A stretch of 64,000 bases of DNA from Eledone cirrhosa (taxonomy: Eukaryota), in contig OZ024748.1 in assembly GCA_964016885.1 (NCBI GenBank), positions 20,584,001 through 20,648,000 on the forward strand, written 5' to 3'. Of the stretch, positions 48,736 to 62,279 are shown one piece after another (position 1 is the first letter of the stretch; each line of letters begins with the position of its first letter). The position numbers and the translations under genes are program-made. The notes under the pieces are model-generated. The model made no database searches. It saw only the letters and a list, made by a program, of their open reading frames with translations, and was not told the DNA's origin.

Positions 48736-49180
48736 AGTACACGTTATAGCTTAATTGCTATTAATGTTTTGTCCGTATTACTCCATTGGACAGCATTTGG
48801 CTTGTGTCAGACGCTGTGACCGAGTGGACCAACAGTACCATAGGTAGGTCGAAACTGCCAAAGTCCACCTCAACAGCCAATGACCATTGAGTTGTCCTTC
48901 GGTTTTTTTTTGTAAAATAAAAAGATTTAAAGTTACCCCTAAAAATAAGTTTTCCAAATTGCCTTGTTTTCATGCATTGTCTTGTTCTTTTAATTTTCCT
49001 AAGTTTATCATATATATTTATATGTGTCCAAAACTTAAACACCCCTAACTCTCATCAACACCATGTAACTGCGTTTGTTATTTCAGAATATATAAGGAGA
49101 AAAGATGAAATCGAAAATGCAACTGGAGTCTTTAAGAATATACTTATTCACTTGACAGTCATCAACCAACCAAATTACTT

Positions 49181-49215
<35 letters not shown>

Positions 49216-49480
49216 ATATATATATATATATTATATATATATATATATATATACCATTTCAAGCCACTTTTTTCCACATAAAACAGAAGTAACATTCGAA
49301 CACCAACTAGATGAGAGAAAAACCAAAGCCTCCATCTCAATTCTACTTTTGAAAAGCATAAGACCTGTGAAACTGGTAAAGGAAACAAATAAGTATTCTT
49401 AAAAATACTCCAGTTGCATTTTCGATTTCATCTTTTTTCCTTATACTTTCACTCGTTTCATTTAAAAGGAAAAGGGGGGG

Positions 49481-49525
<45 letters not shown>

Positions 49526-49792
49526 CATTTTCTTATATATATATATTTGCTATCGCGTCTCTCCCTCATGGATTTGATAGATAAAAGGCTATGGGCGCAC
49601 TATGAATAGTTGTACCGTTTATAATGCACCTAAACATCCGTGACGTGTTTTTTTACTTTGCCTTATATATATAATATATATATATATAATATATATAATA
49701 TATATAATATAATATATACCCACTCTCAAGCGTGAAACTAATACTAATATTTGTACTGCCTCTTCGTTTTTTGCTCCGTTTATTTATTAAAC

Positions 49793-49825
<33 letters not shown>

Positions 49826-49916
49826 ACACTATAGCTCTACACCTCAACACATAAGTGAACCTAAACATCGAGTGCTCACCAGGGTGAACCTGCAGTAATT
49901 CCAAGTTACACTCTAG

Positions 49917-49960
<44 letters not shown>

Positions 49961-49985
49961 TGTAATAAACAACATAAGATAATTA

Positions 49986-50045
49986 TTTCATTTACCAGTG
50001 GTTTCTTGAAAGCAAACAAATCTGCTTTCAGTCATCAGAATGAAA
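49986..50045 (-). ncRNA. Type I hammerhead ribozyme motif (left arm of small fold-back)
   Basis: Reverse complement of 50311-50370. Confidence 0.8.
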
Positions 50046-50128
50046 AAAAATCCTGGTGTCTTTATTGCATGTGGATTTTGAAATAAAAATATAAGGAATA
50101 TGAAAGAGGCTGAAGGAAGAAGTGAAAA

Positions 50129-50169
<41 letters not shown>

Positions 50170-50310
50170 TACACACACACACACACGTTTATATGTATAT
50201 ATATATATACACAAATACATATATACATTATCTTTCTCTTCTTCCTTCAGCCTCTTTCATATTCCTTATATTTTTGTTTTCAAAATCCACATTCAATAAA
50301 GACACCAGGA

Positions 50311-50370
50311 TTTCATTCTGATGACTGAAAGCAGATTTGTTTGCTTTCAAGAAACCACTGGTAAATGAAA
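50311..50370 (+). ncRNA. Type I hammerhead ribozyme motif
   Basis: TTTCATT-CTGATGA-C-TGAAAGCAGA-TTTG-TTTGCTTTCA-A-GAAA-CCACTGG-TA-AATGAAA: 7-bp stem I, 10-bp stem II, short stem III, GUA triplet. Confidence 0.82.
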
Positions 50371-50442
50371 TAATTATCTTGTGTTTATTACATAACTATT
50401 AAGCTTTGTAACCTACATAGATCACTTTTTCCTGGACCTTTC

Positions 50443-51130
<688 letters not shown>

Positions 51131-51644
51131 TATATAAACTGTTTACAGTAACCACACAGCTCAGTTCTTGTAATTTTGTATTTACCGCTGTGACCCCCCC
51201 CCCTCCCTATTTTGCTGGGTTTGTGGTCCCACCAGTCATATCGACTCCCCTTTTTTCTCATTCTCTCATTCTTCGTTCTCTCCATCTCCTCGCTTTCGAA
51301 TGTTTACGACACGTTTCACACATGTCATAAAACTCCTCTGGTTTCGATCGTTTACAACACATTTTACAACTGTCAAAACCTTTGGACTACCTCCCTTTCC
51401 CTCCCAGTTGTTCCGTGTCTCTACCCTCACTTTGAGATCGCATGGTACTACCAGGCTGTTATTGCACCACCAGACTTAAGTCTAATCGGTTTCTTGTAAC
51501 TTATTCTATTCTTGGTAACTCACTTGCATGTTCCATTGTCCTGATTACCCCCCCCCCCCCTCCATTCGGTCAGTTTCCTTCATTTTTCTTTCCCTCCTGG
51601 CCTTAGGCACGCCACTGATCGCTTTTGATGTCCTGTTTTAAGTG

Positions 51645-52870
51645 CCAGAAGGCTCTCTGTGTTGTACGGTCAATTCCTCCACTTTTTGGGTGAGCGCTTC
51701 GATTATCTCCAACAGTTTGCTGTCGGCCACAGAAGAATTGCATGGGGGGGAACAGAAGAAGAAGCTACACAAGGATTATGCCAACTGCTGTTAGAGTCCA
51801 CCTCTAGTATTCTATCCGCGGATGCAGCAAGTTGATCTAACGATTACCTCTCCAAATTATTGACCAAGACCATCTGCGCACTTGGCGGTAAACGAGAGAA
51901 AAATAGTTGTTTGAGGAATTAGGGGGTCCAGGGAAACTATTTCCGTTGATCGCCTCTACATATGGTACTTAAATCTTCTGGTGATTGGAGACCGACGGGC
52001 GACTACAGAATATGGACATTTCCTTAAATAAAACGCAGCTTGAGGATTTTAAAAAAGTGAAAAAAGGCGTTAGCGAGCGTGTCTTTGCTCGCCCACCCAG
52101 TACCCAACGCCAAGCTATCGCTCTGTGTTGATGCGTCGGATACCGCCGTGGGCGCAGTCTTGCAACAGAAGTGCGATGGTTTACAACAACCAGTGGAATT
52201 TTTTGGTCGCATAGCTGCTTCGAAGAAATAATTTGGCCTTAAAAAATTCAAATCTTTGGGCATCATGAATCAACATCATTTGCCGTCCTTCGCAGGCGAC
52301 ATCAAGTTATGGTTTTTGCAGCTTGAATGCTATTTTGATTTAACCAAAACCAAAGAACAGCATAAACTGAAGGTACTAGTTAGTGGCTTGCCTGTGTCGT
52401 TGGCATATTTCGTGAAGGATGTGGTAACCAATTTAGCCGCAGACGTTACTTATGGCTCGTTGAAAGGGGAAATTATTCGGAGGAATACCAAGTCAGCGGA
52501 AAGTCGTTTTCGGGAATTGTTAGATGATGCGCAAATGGGTGACAGGACGCCAAGCTCCTATTTGCGACATCTGTGGGAATTGAGCGACTCCCAGGGGATG
52601 GACACCCCATTCCTCAAACAACTATTTTTCTCTCATTTACCGCCAAGTGCGCAGATGGTCTTGGTCAATAATTTGGAGAGGGAATCGTTAGATCAACTTG
52701 CCGCATCCGCCGATAGAATACTAGGTGGACTAACAGCAGTCGGCATAATCCTTGTGTGGCTTCTGTTCCTCCACGCAATTCTTCTGTGGCCAACAGCAAA
52801 CTGTTGGAGATGATCGAAGCGCTCACCCAAAAAGTGGAGGATTTGACCGTACAACAGAGAGCCTTCTCAA
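51645..52870. mobile_element. Scrambled Gypsy fragments: inverted gag 3' part, RT piece, RNase H piece, gag
   Basis: 51645-51930 is rc of ~52600-52866; SPLHMV..SGDWRPTGDYR (~51950-52010); DASDTAVGAVLQQ (~52010-52205); gag ORF 52256-52813 with LPSF..WFLQLE, MGDRTPSSYLRHL, LAASADRI. Confidence 0.85.
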
Positions 52871-52899
52871 CGTTTGAGGAATCACGTTCAGGTCACCAA

Positions 52900-53390
52900 T
52901 AAAGAGAAATGATATATCGTCCAGGTGTGTGAAAGACATCTCATCTCTCTAAGATTAATTAAAACAGAAGGGCTTTCGATAACAAGGCTAATCTTTTATT
53001 AAATGATTCATTTAACAAAACAACATAATTACATTCATAGGACATACCCTGCAAGCTAAACGGCAATGGATTAATTCTTACATTCAAGAAGAGATATGAA
53101 AATGTCTTGGTTTAAAATTCCAGTCGCCTTTGTCCTGCCACGTTGACGTACTTTGTAAAAACACCTGTTTTTGACCAAGACATTTTCATACATCTCTTCT
53201 TGAATGTAAGAATTAAGCCATTGCCGTTTAGCTTGCAGGGTATGTCCTATGAATGTAATTATGTTGTGTTTAATTAAATGACTCATTTAATAATAGATTA
53301 GTCTTGTTATCGAAAGCCCTTCTGTTTTAATTAATAATCTTAGAGATGAGATGTCTTTCACACACCTGGACGATATATCATTTCTCTTTA
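52900..53390. repeat. ~220-bp inverted repeat with ~50-bp spacer
   Basis: TAAAGAGAAATGATATATCGTCCAGGTGTGTG... vs ...CACACACCTGGACGATATATCATTTCTCTTTA. Confidence 0.93.
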
Positions 53391-56300
53391 CATCTATTAT
53401 CTACGGTTAACAGCTGATGAAGGATTTCCTCTTGTTTCGTCGATATAACCATCTTAAACTGTTTATAGTAACCACACAGCTCACTTCCTTTCTTTACACC
53501 CCCCTCCCCCACACACCATTAAGGAGTGCATATATCTTGCAGAGAGGTAAAGCAGCAGACACAAGCAAACAGGGTCCCAGTTCATTTTTTTCATGCTCAC
53601 ATGAGGCAGACGAGTTCTCACCTAATGAAAACATGATCAAAATTTCTGTAGGCAAAACGTCAAATAAGGTATATATATTTGATTCCTAGAGATATTTGAG
53701 AGGACAAACTATTGAACACAATTTTACATAAACCACCAGAAGAGGACAAGTTTATGTGGAAGTGGTTTATTTCCACTACCACCACAACCACCACTATCTT
53801 TTACAGAGACAATCAAGTGTGAATTTATGTTGGTTGTTTCCCACTTAAAAACTTCAGTGTAAGAAAACAGGAAAGAAATTTAGTTTTTCAGTCAAGGAAA
53901 CAATTTAAGTTGGGAGTTAATCTCATGACAATGAGTTACCATTAAAACAAGATACAAACGTTTACTCATTGGATTTTATTTGTGTCTAAAACTAATATTC
54001 TAATACAATTTTTTTCTCTCCTAGATAATTCGAATGAATAGACATGTTTTTTCTCAAAAACTATTGTTTTTCCGTTCTTTCTTTCTATTATTTCTTATTC
54101 TAACTTCTAATGAAGGCTTTGTGTCCAAAACGTTAAAACTCTTCCTGCTATCAAGCATTAAACTGATATACTTTTTCATTGTACTGTGTTTGCTTTGCTA
54201 TTTCTGTTTACTTACTGCATGCACATAAATACATACATAATGAAAGACAAATCCAGACAATGAAAATGATTTCCTTTTCCCCACAAATGCTAAATGGACA
54301 AGAGGAGCATAAGTGAGCATAATAAATTGTTGCCCAGTCAGTATCATATTTTGTGCCACCACCAAATGGAAGAGAAGAGCATGAGAAAGTACCCACCCAG
54401 AAGCAACTTCTGGATTCACCAAAAGCAAATTTATCTGGGAAAATTGCCACCACACCAAAAGCACAGAGTTGAAATTTCAGAGAATGCAGAATAAGATTCA
54501 AAATATCTTCAAACATTCTCACAGTATCTGGCACACAGATGCATTGACACCTCTCAGTAGTACCAACTTTGGATTTAGTATGCTATGAATTAATAAAACC
54601 AGATATAGATTTCAAAATATGTAAATCGTCTAATGCAATAAATAGTCAATTATTCATGGATGAACGTGTTCAATTAAGTTTGAGCTTTGATGAGATCAAT
54701 AGAAAACCACTGAAGGAGTCATGAAAAGGTAAAACAAACCAAGTAAAGGTCATGCTAATGTGCAAAGAAAGCAGTACAATGCTGCTAGCTGGCAACTACC
54801 CATTGCATCTGGTTTTGATGCCAAAAATAGTTCTTTCCCAACATTTTGAAAGTTAGACTTGCTCTATCAGCCTCAGACGGGGATAATATATGGAACAAAA
54901 ATGTACACATTTCTATTTATGAGGAGCCAGACAAAACCCACATACAGACACTGCAGAAGAAACAGGTATACCCCTCTTTTACAGAGAAAAAGCAGTAATG
55001 TGAGATCAATAAAATAAATCCAATGAGATATTCAATTCTTCCCTTTGACATTCTGAGTTTGAACCCCCTTGTATTTAACTTAATTTCCAGAAAACCATCC
55101 TCACACACAAGGATGAAACAAATGAATGCCATTGGATATTATCACGCTTATGTTGAGATTAAGGATTCTCAATCTTGACCCAATGACTACAGCTGGAATC
55201 CTGAACATGAAATTTACAGTTCATACCCATATAGGTTTATTTAGACTAAAAAGGTTACATATAGGTTTCTTCGGTGCTTTAATGATATCATCCCCAGCCC
55301 AGTCACAAAAAGCAATGAGGGATGAAGCATCTTGCTCAAGAACACAACACACCACCACTTGATCCAGGAATCTGCAGCAACCCCTAGGGTAATCAATAAA
55401 GAATTGGAGTTACTTCCTGTAGGCATTATAAATAGAGGAGACTTGTTTCTCACTCTTATTCGCTGCTGGCCTCGTTCCGACGAGCAGCTCTATACTCTTG
55501 CGACTTCAGAATTGAACACTATATGTACAGAGCATATCACCTCTATCTTGCATGCCCAGATTACTTTATCTTTATTTCTCAAGTGGTTGGTTACCAACGG
55601 TATCGTCCGTAGAAGATTAAACCAAAAACCAATTCACTAAAAATCAAACCCGTGATTACGATTGCAAGTTCAACACTGAACTAGGTCGCAAGTCAGCACA
55701 ATAAGAAACACTGACATTAAGATTTTAATCTTGATAAAATATCTTTGACTAGCCAATATCAGGGAGAACTGGAAAACCATTCAGAATAGCAAAGGCTACT
55801 AGCTGCACTCAAACCTAAACATAACTTCTGACAGTATTAAAGTATTTAACAAATGCCAGTGAGATTTATTATAGTTATCTGCATAGTGGCCAACATTTTC
55901 ACACATCCAACCTCTTCTGTTCTAACTTCACTCATCCTTCCTGATCGAGAACTAACATTTGATACAAGTTTTAACCCAATATTGTGTACCTTACCCACAT
56001 GGGCATGCTGGAGCAATCTCAGATATTCATACTTGTGCATGAATGAGACTCACTCCCAACCTGTTTTTCAGCACTTTACTGATAATATTTAACCATTTTA
56101 ACACCAAACCATCTTTGGTTTTGTTTGCTTTGAAGAATTTATATTTATCTAAAAACTTCCCATCATAATTTTATCTAAGAATGTTAATGCTCTAAACACC
56201 AGCTTAAAAGATAATTAAATCTCTTAAAATACTTTATTTTAAAAAGTGATTTGAAAATAAAAAGTAATATCTTAATATGGTAGTGAAAAAGTTAAATAAC

Positions 56301-56589
56301 TTTGTATATTATGTAAAAACATCACCTATGTACACAATACAAAATTTGGGTACACATGTGCGGCAGGATAGCAAGCAGACTAACAAGAAAGTAAGACTTT
56401 CTATGTAATGGGTGGTCAGGGAAAATTGATAGCAAGAGTGATACACCTTTTTCAATCTCAGACAGGAACCATAGCTGACCAAATTAGCAGTAAAGGTAGG
56501 TGCTTCATGAGCATACTAGCTAGAATAAGAATGAGATGGTAGAAGTTTAAAGTTTCAGACTTCCATTATATAAGGTCATCTATACGATA

Positions 56590-56944
56590 CCTGTGTAGTG
56601 CTCACATGGTAGTGAAACAAGGGCAGTGACTGCAGAGGATATGCAGAGGTTGGAGAGAAATGAAAGTAATGCTTTGATAGATGTGCAATGTGCATGAACA
56701 ACATGGATAAACTGAGAAAAAGCCCTGTGTATAAGAGGAACCAAAGACTGTGCTGGTACAGACATGTGCTACACAAGAAATACCAGTAGAGGAAGACCAA
56801 GGAAGATCTAGGTGGATATGATGAGAACTTTTATCACTGAAGTTCACAAAAGTCAAAGGAATGCGATAAGTGAAAAGATGCTGTGATGGAAAATACCCAT
56901 CCAAAACAAGCAAGCATGGAAAACCAGATGTAAAAATGATGATA
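56590..56944 (+). mobile_element. Old RTE LINE 3' remnant
   Basis: CATGGTAGTGAAACA (HGSET), AGAGGAAGACCAAGGAAG (RGRPRK), GCAAGCATGGAAA...ATGATGAT tail. Confidence 0.75.
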
Positions 56945-57807
56945 TAGATGGTTAGACATTTTCATTTTATTCAGTACCAGATATTTTCAGGTAAAATTAT
57001 ATGAAAACTTATTTTCTAATGTAGAAAACCTGTACTGAAAGGTATGAATTTAATTGTCTTCACTCCCCCACCATTTGGTGAAAAAAAAAGAGACTAATCT
57101 ATGAAGAAAATTTTTCCATTCATCAATTAAGTTGTCAAGTCGTGCACAATTTCTGTGCTCCCTCCCAAACTCCCCAAAAAACAGGAAATGCTGAATAAAG
57201 ACCAACTTATTTAGAATTAGAAATATTTGTTCATCTTTAAAATGGATTATTGCAGAAGTATTGAATTATGTTAAAATGTGGGCACCCAGAATCTTTTTTC
57301 CAGGTTAAAAGAAATTAGTATGTAGAAGATCACGCCACCTAGCTTTGACTTTGGAGGCAGTCGATTAACTGCCCTTAGTTCTGACGTCATGTTCTGACGT
57401 CTGTAGCTGAATAAACTCTTCGACTTTTGTCTCTTAAGGCGAACAGACGCGTTTCACGGTGGCAAAACAGCGATAGCACACCATGCGGTCACGGGATAAT
57501 TGAAGACCGCCAATTAATGATAATTACGAATTACCAACCTAGGAACAACTGATATGATAACCTGTTTTGTTAATTGCTCTAATTAAAATGCTCATGCACA
57601 TATAATCTCGAGGTATGTTTTTTTTTTGCTTAATTGTGTACCTACACCTAACAACAAATCGAGATGTCTACCAGCCAAGCTCGGGAAACGAACTCCTCTA
57701 AATCATAAAAACAATGTAGCCTTCTAAAATGGTGACCATCTCTCCGAATCGCGTCGGGGTCACCACTTTAGAACACGCAGCCTTTTGATCACGTTGGGGG
57801 GTCACCA

Positions 57808-58036
57808 CTTTAGGAGAGATGGTCTAGTTTCTCTGGGCGAGTATTTGTCGGCCCTTGCTTGCAAGGCGAATGTCAACGGCTTGTGGTCCGTGAAGATGGT
57901 GAACATTCTTCCTTCAAGCATGTGTGAAAAATGCTTCACCGATAAGTATATAGCAAACAACTCCCGTCCAAAGGTGCTGTAGCGGGTTTCGGCATGTTTC
58001 AGCTTTCTGGAGAAAAATTCCAATGGTTGCTGCTGG
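57808..58036 (-). mobile_element. Inverted duplicate of Gypsy RNase H 3' segment
   Basis: EFFSRKLKHAETRYSTFGRELFAIY...TDHKPL; rc of ~59570-59798. Confidence 0.9.
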
Positions 58037-58079
58037 TATCATGCCACCTTCGTGGATAAGGCAAAACATTGCGGGCCTC

Positions 58080-58630
58080 CATGTAAATATTCAGCTTCGG
58101 GAAATGTAGATCAGAGTCACTAAGGCGGCAAGTGAACTGTGCGAGGCAATAGAACCGCCATTTCTTCATAGAGGACTTCCTGTCTGAAAGAGCCTTCCTA
58201 GTAGACACAGGAGCTTCGTGCAGTATTTGGCCCGTTAATTGTATGACTAACTCCTCCAGAGTCGTCGATTGAATTGCAAGCTGTCAACCAGTCACCAATC
58301 CGAACTTTTGGACAGGTCTCGTTTCCCGTTCAGTTTCGAAATCTTCGTCGGTATTGCAAAGGGGTTTTCACTGTTGCCGACCTGCCATACCCGATTTTGG
58401 GCGCGGACTTCCACCATTTTTCTTTAACAGTGGACGTCCATCACCAACGCCTAGTCGACGATATTACTGGTTTTTCTCTTTGTGGCAAGACAGCAGAAGT
58501 TTCTACAGTTAGCCCGACATTCTTCATCGCTAACTCCGGAAACTCCTCATGGATTGTTGAAATCGTTCCCGCAACCGACCCATGAAAATTTTAGAGTCAC
58601 TGATCCAAACCATGCCACGGAGCATTTTGT

Positions 58631-58666
<36 letters not shown>

Positions 58667-59798
58667 CACTACGCTTTTTTCGCGTCCCCGTCGATTGCCA
58701 GCAGACAAACCGAAAGCAGCATGGTCCGAGTTCGATCATATGCTACAGCTCGGAATTATTCGTCCTTCTGGCGATTGGAGACCCACTGGGGACTATAGAA
58801 GATTGAACTCGATCATACCGGATCGGTATCCTATCCCTCATCTGCAGGATTTTGCATCCTCGTTGCAAGGTTGTAACATTTTTTCGAAACTCGATTTGAT
58901 ACGAGCCTACAACCAGATTCCTGTCAATAGACGACATCCAGAAAACGGCTATAACTACGCCATTTGGATCTTTTGAATTTCTCACCATGCCTTTTGGGTT
59001 AAGGAATGCTGCTAGCATCTTCCAGCGATTTATGGACGAGGTCACTTGCGGCCTCGACTTTGTATACACATATTGATGACCTTGTTGCTAGCTCTTCTCC
59101 CGAGCAACATAGCCATCTGGACCTTCTATTTTGTCGTTTGAAGGATTACAATGTTCGGATTAATCCATCAAAATGTGTTTTTTGGTTCTGAATCTGAATT
59201 TTTGGGGCCACGTCATTGACACCGGCGGTATTCGACCTATTCCTGAGAGTTAAAGCTATAGAGAATTTGCCTCCACCAACCTCACTCCGTCAGTTGCGCC
59301 AATTCTTGGGGATGATTAATTTTTATAGGCAGTTTGTGCCTAATTGTGCTAAGCTACTCTTCTCTTTGACAGAAATTTTGAAAAATTGCCGAAAGAAAAA
59401 TAAAGACATTTCTTTGAATGAAACTCAGCTCGAGGATTTTGAGAATGCGAAAATTGCTCTCGCCAATGCATCTTTGCTGGCTCACCCAGTGTCCAATGCT
59501 AAGGTTTCGCTTTGTGTTGATGCGTTGGATACTGCCGTGGGTGCAGTTTTGCAACAAAGTAGCAATGATCAACAGCAATCATTGGAATTTTTCTCCAAGA
59601 AGCTAAAACATGCCGAAACGCGCTACAGCACCTTTGGACGGGAGTTGTTAGCTATATACTTATCGGTGAAGCATTTTTCACACATGCTTGAAGGAAGAAC
59701 GTTCACCATCTTCACGGACCACAAGCCCTTGACATTCGCCTTGTAAGAAAGGGCCGACAAATACTCGCCCAGAGAAACTAGACCATCTCTCTTAAAAG
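58080..59798 (+). pseudogene. Ty3/Gypsy pol pseudogene (protease, RT, RNase H; no integrase)
   Basis: FLVDTGAS, ILGADF, DRYPIPHL, MPFGLRNA, HIDD, LRQFLGMINFY, DALDTAVGAVL, RELLAIY, TDHKPL; frameshifts; (ACT)n insertion ~58630-58672. Confidence 0.93.
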
Positions 59799-59969
59799 TA
59801 GATAGTCTTGCTCAATAAAGTTGCTACAAAAGAAAATTACCTTATTCTTGATAATGTGCAAGGCCCTACTATTAAGGCAGTTTTATATTTATACAACATT
59901 ATCAAACAAAATCCATTCTGGATAGGATATGATTTATTGAGGGACCAAGGATCTGGTGTCATGATAAAA

Positions 59970-60900
59970 TACACCCAGTCCACTCTAAAGTGGTAGAGCT
60001 GGTGCCACGATAAAATGCACCCAATGTACTCTGTAAAGTAGAAGTGCTGGTGCCACAATAAAATGCACCAAATATACTCTGTAAAGTGGTAGTGCCATAA
60101 ATATACCTAGTCCACTTTAAAGTGGTACTGCTAGTGTTCGCCTTGGGTAAGCGATAGTACGCTCATACACCATGCGTTTCCCTGCAGTGGGGGTAAGAAA
60201 GAGAATGTTTAATAATGTTATACTAATATTGCAGAAAGAGAGGAAAGGAAAATAGGACCTAAAGCGCGTTAAGGACTGGTATTCGAGCAGTGCATGAACA
60301 CCCATTTCATTTAGAGAAAAAGAAAATCAGAAAATACACCTTATATACTGGATGGACAGTGGCATGTCGATATGCGCGTTGCTATCGGCATGGCTCGTGG
60401 GACCGCCCACATGAAATATTAGGGAAAGGCTACTTATTTACTAATGTAATCCATTATATCCTCTACATCCAACCCACTCTAAAGTTAGTGCCAGTGCCAC
60501 GAAAAAAATGTATTCAGGGCACAATGTAAAATGGTAGTGCTTGTGCCACTAAAATGTACCCAGGCCATGGTAAAGTGGTAGTGCTAGTGCCATGATAAAA
60601 TGCACCCAGACCACAATGTAAAATAGTGCTTGGGCCACTAAAATGTACCCAGGCCACTGTAAAGTGGTAGTGCTAGTGCCATGATAAAATGCACCCAGAC
60701 CACAATGTAAAATAGTGCTAGAGCCATAATAAAATGCACCCAGTCCACACTTAAGCTTTAGTGTTAGGAAGAACAAGGGCATCCAGCCATACAAACCATG
60801 CCAAAATGGAATATAAGCAAGACAGTTATCTGAACTACCCGTCTAGGCTCAGAGTGTGACACCCTATCAAACCCATGCAAAACTTTAAAATGGTGATGAT
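59970..60900 (+). repeat. Degenerate ~45-bp repeat array running into an RTE 3'UTR; ~330-bp unrelated insert at ~60137-60467
   Basis: CTGTAAAGTGGTAGTGCTAGTGCCATGATAAAATGCACCCAG units, then GTGTTAGGAAG..GGGCATCCAGCC..AACCCATGC..GATGAT. Confidence 0.8.
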
Positions 60901-60907
60901 AGACAAA

Positions 60908-61086
60908 ACCAGCAAATTTTGGGAAGGGCAAAGCTGATAAATGAACTCCAGCTCTTGACGGGTACTTTATCTTAACTCAGGAAGAATGAAAAGCGAAGTT
61001 GACCTTGGCAAGATTTAAACTCAATGAAAAGAACCAGACGAAATACTACAATGGCATTTTATGTGACACTACCAATTCTACCACCC
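60908..61086 (-). mobile_element. SINE family A
   Basis: CCAGCAAATTTT...GGTACTTTAT...AAGTTGACCTTGGC..GATTTAAACTC. Confidence 0.7.
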
Positions 61087-62279
61087 TTTTGGATCAGGAT
61101 AACATTACAAATTTTTGACTAGAAAGCCAAGCCATTTGAAAGACAAGCCATTTAGAAGGAGACTAACCAGTTGTTCAACTTGCTAAAAAATGGCAGCCAA
61201 ATCTCACTCAAATCACACCCTATCATATAAAACAGGATATTGGAGAAAAAAAAAAAATAGAAATTATCACCACTGGAAGTTTTGCTGGGCGTTAAGATCA
61301 TGACCAACCCAGGGTCAAAACCGTCACATTGATATCTTAACATCTGCAAATAATTTATAAAACAGATTGCTTTGTACATTAAGTGGCCCTTAAAGCTTGG
61401 GTCCCATAACCCATTAAGTTTTCTGACATACCATCTTTTGAGGTGGTAGAGGATAAAAGGTATACAGATATCTAGGCTCTCAAAGGATGGTGCTTCAAAG
61501 ATGGACCATTAGATTGTTCTGATGAGCATTCCAGTTGTTTGATCAAATGAGCTGTAAACTTGTACAAATAGCATAAAAGTGGACGAATATTTTACAGACA
61601 TGTACTCAGAGTGAGAGCGCGCACGCATACATGCATGCGTGCGTGTGACAAGGCTGGCCATTTGAAATACAGATACAATCCATTTGTTTGGCTTCTAAAC
61701 AGCTTCCTTCAACCTAATTTCACTCAAGGCTTGGGTTGAACTGAGGTTATAGTAAAGACATTTGTTCAAGATGCTGCCCACTGGATGAAATTAGTATACA
61801 AGTGGCTAAATATTTGATAAGCATACTTGGGGAGATTCATCATGTGTGATAAAGCTGACCTTTTGAAATACAGATACACTTCATTTGGGTGGCATCTAAA
61901 CAGAAGCCATCAACCTAAGACTTGTCTGTGATGTTACATAGTGTTATCAAACCTAATGACAGTTATACCTGTAACTGATCATGCAACTTAAAATACCAGT
62001 CGTATATATATTGCCCTTATTACCTACAACAGTTAACTGCATCCTAACATGGTATCTAGTTATAGCTATGTGTATTGGACCAATTTTATTGAGAATTAAG
62101 TATCTTTGCCATGGACAATACAGCATATAAAGCTTTTGTTCAGCAAGGAACTTTGACTACCAGTTCAGAGATTAATGGAGTGGATCAGTAGTCTCACAGA
62201 GTGATAGGAACACTTCAGCATGCATGCATGTATGGACCACTGACTCCTGAGAGAGTCATAGGAAGGCTATAGTGATATA

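Noticed and set aside
55846-56092. Possible host exon (AG...GTAAG on minus strand)
   Set aside because: No recognisable domain or partner exons; not supportable without RNA data
57745-57807. tRNA-Trp gene
   Set aside because: Only 3' fragments with encoded CCA and mixed orientation; no cloverleaf
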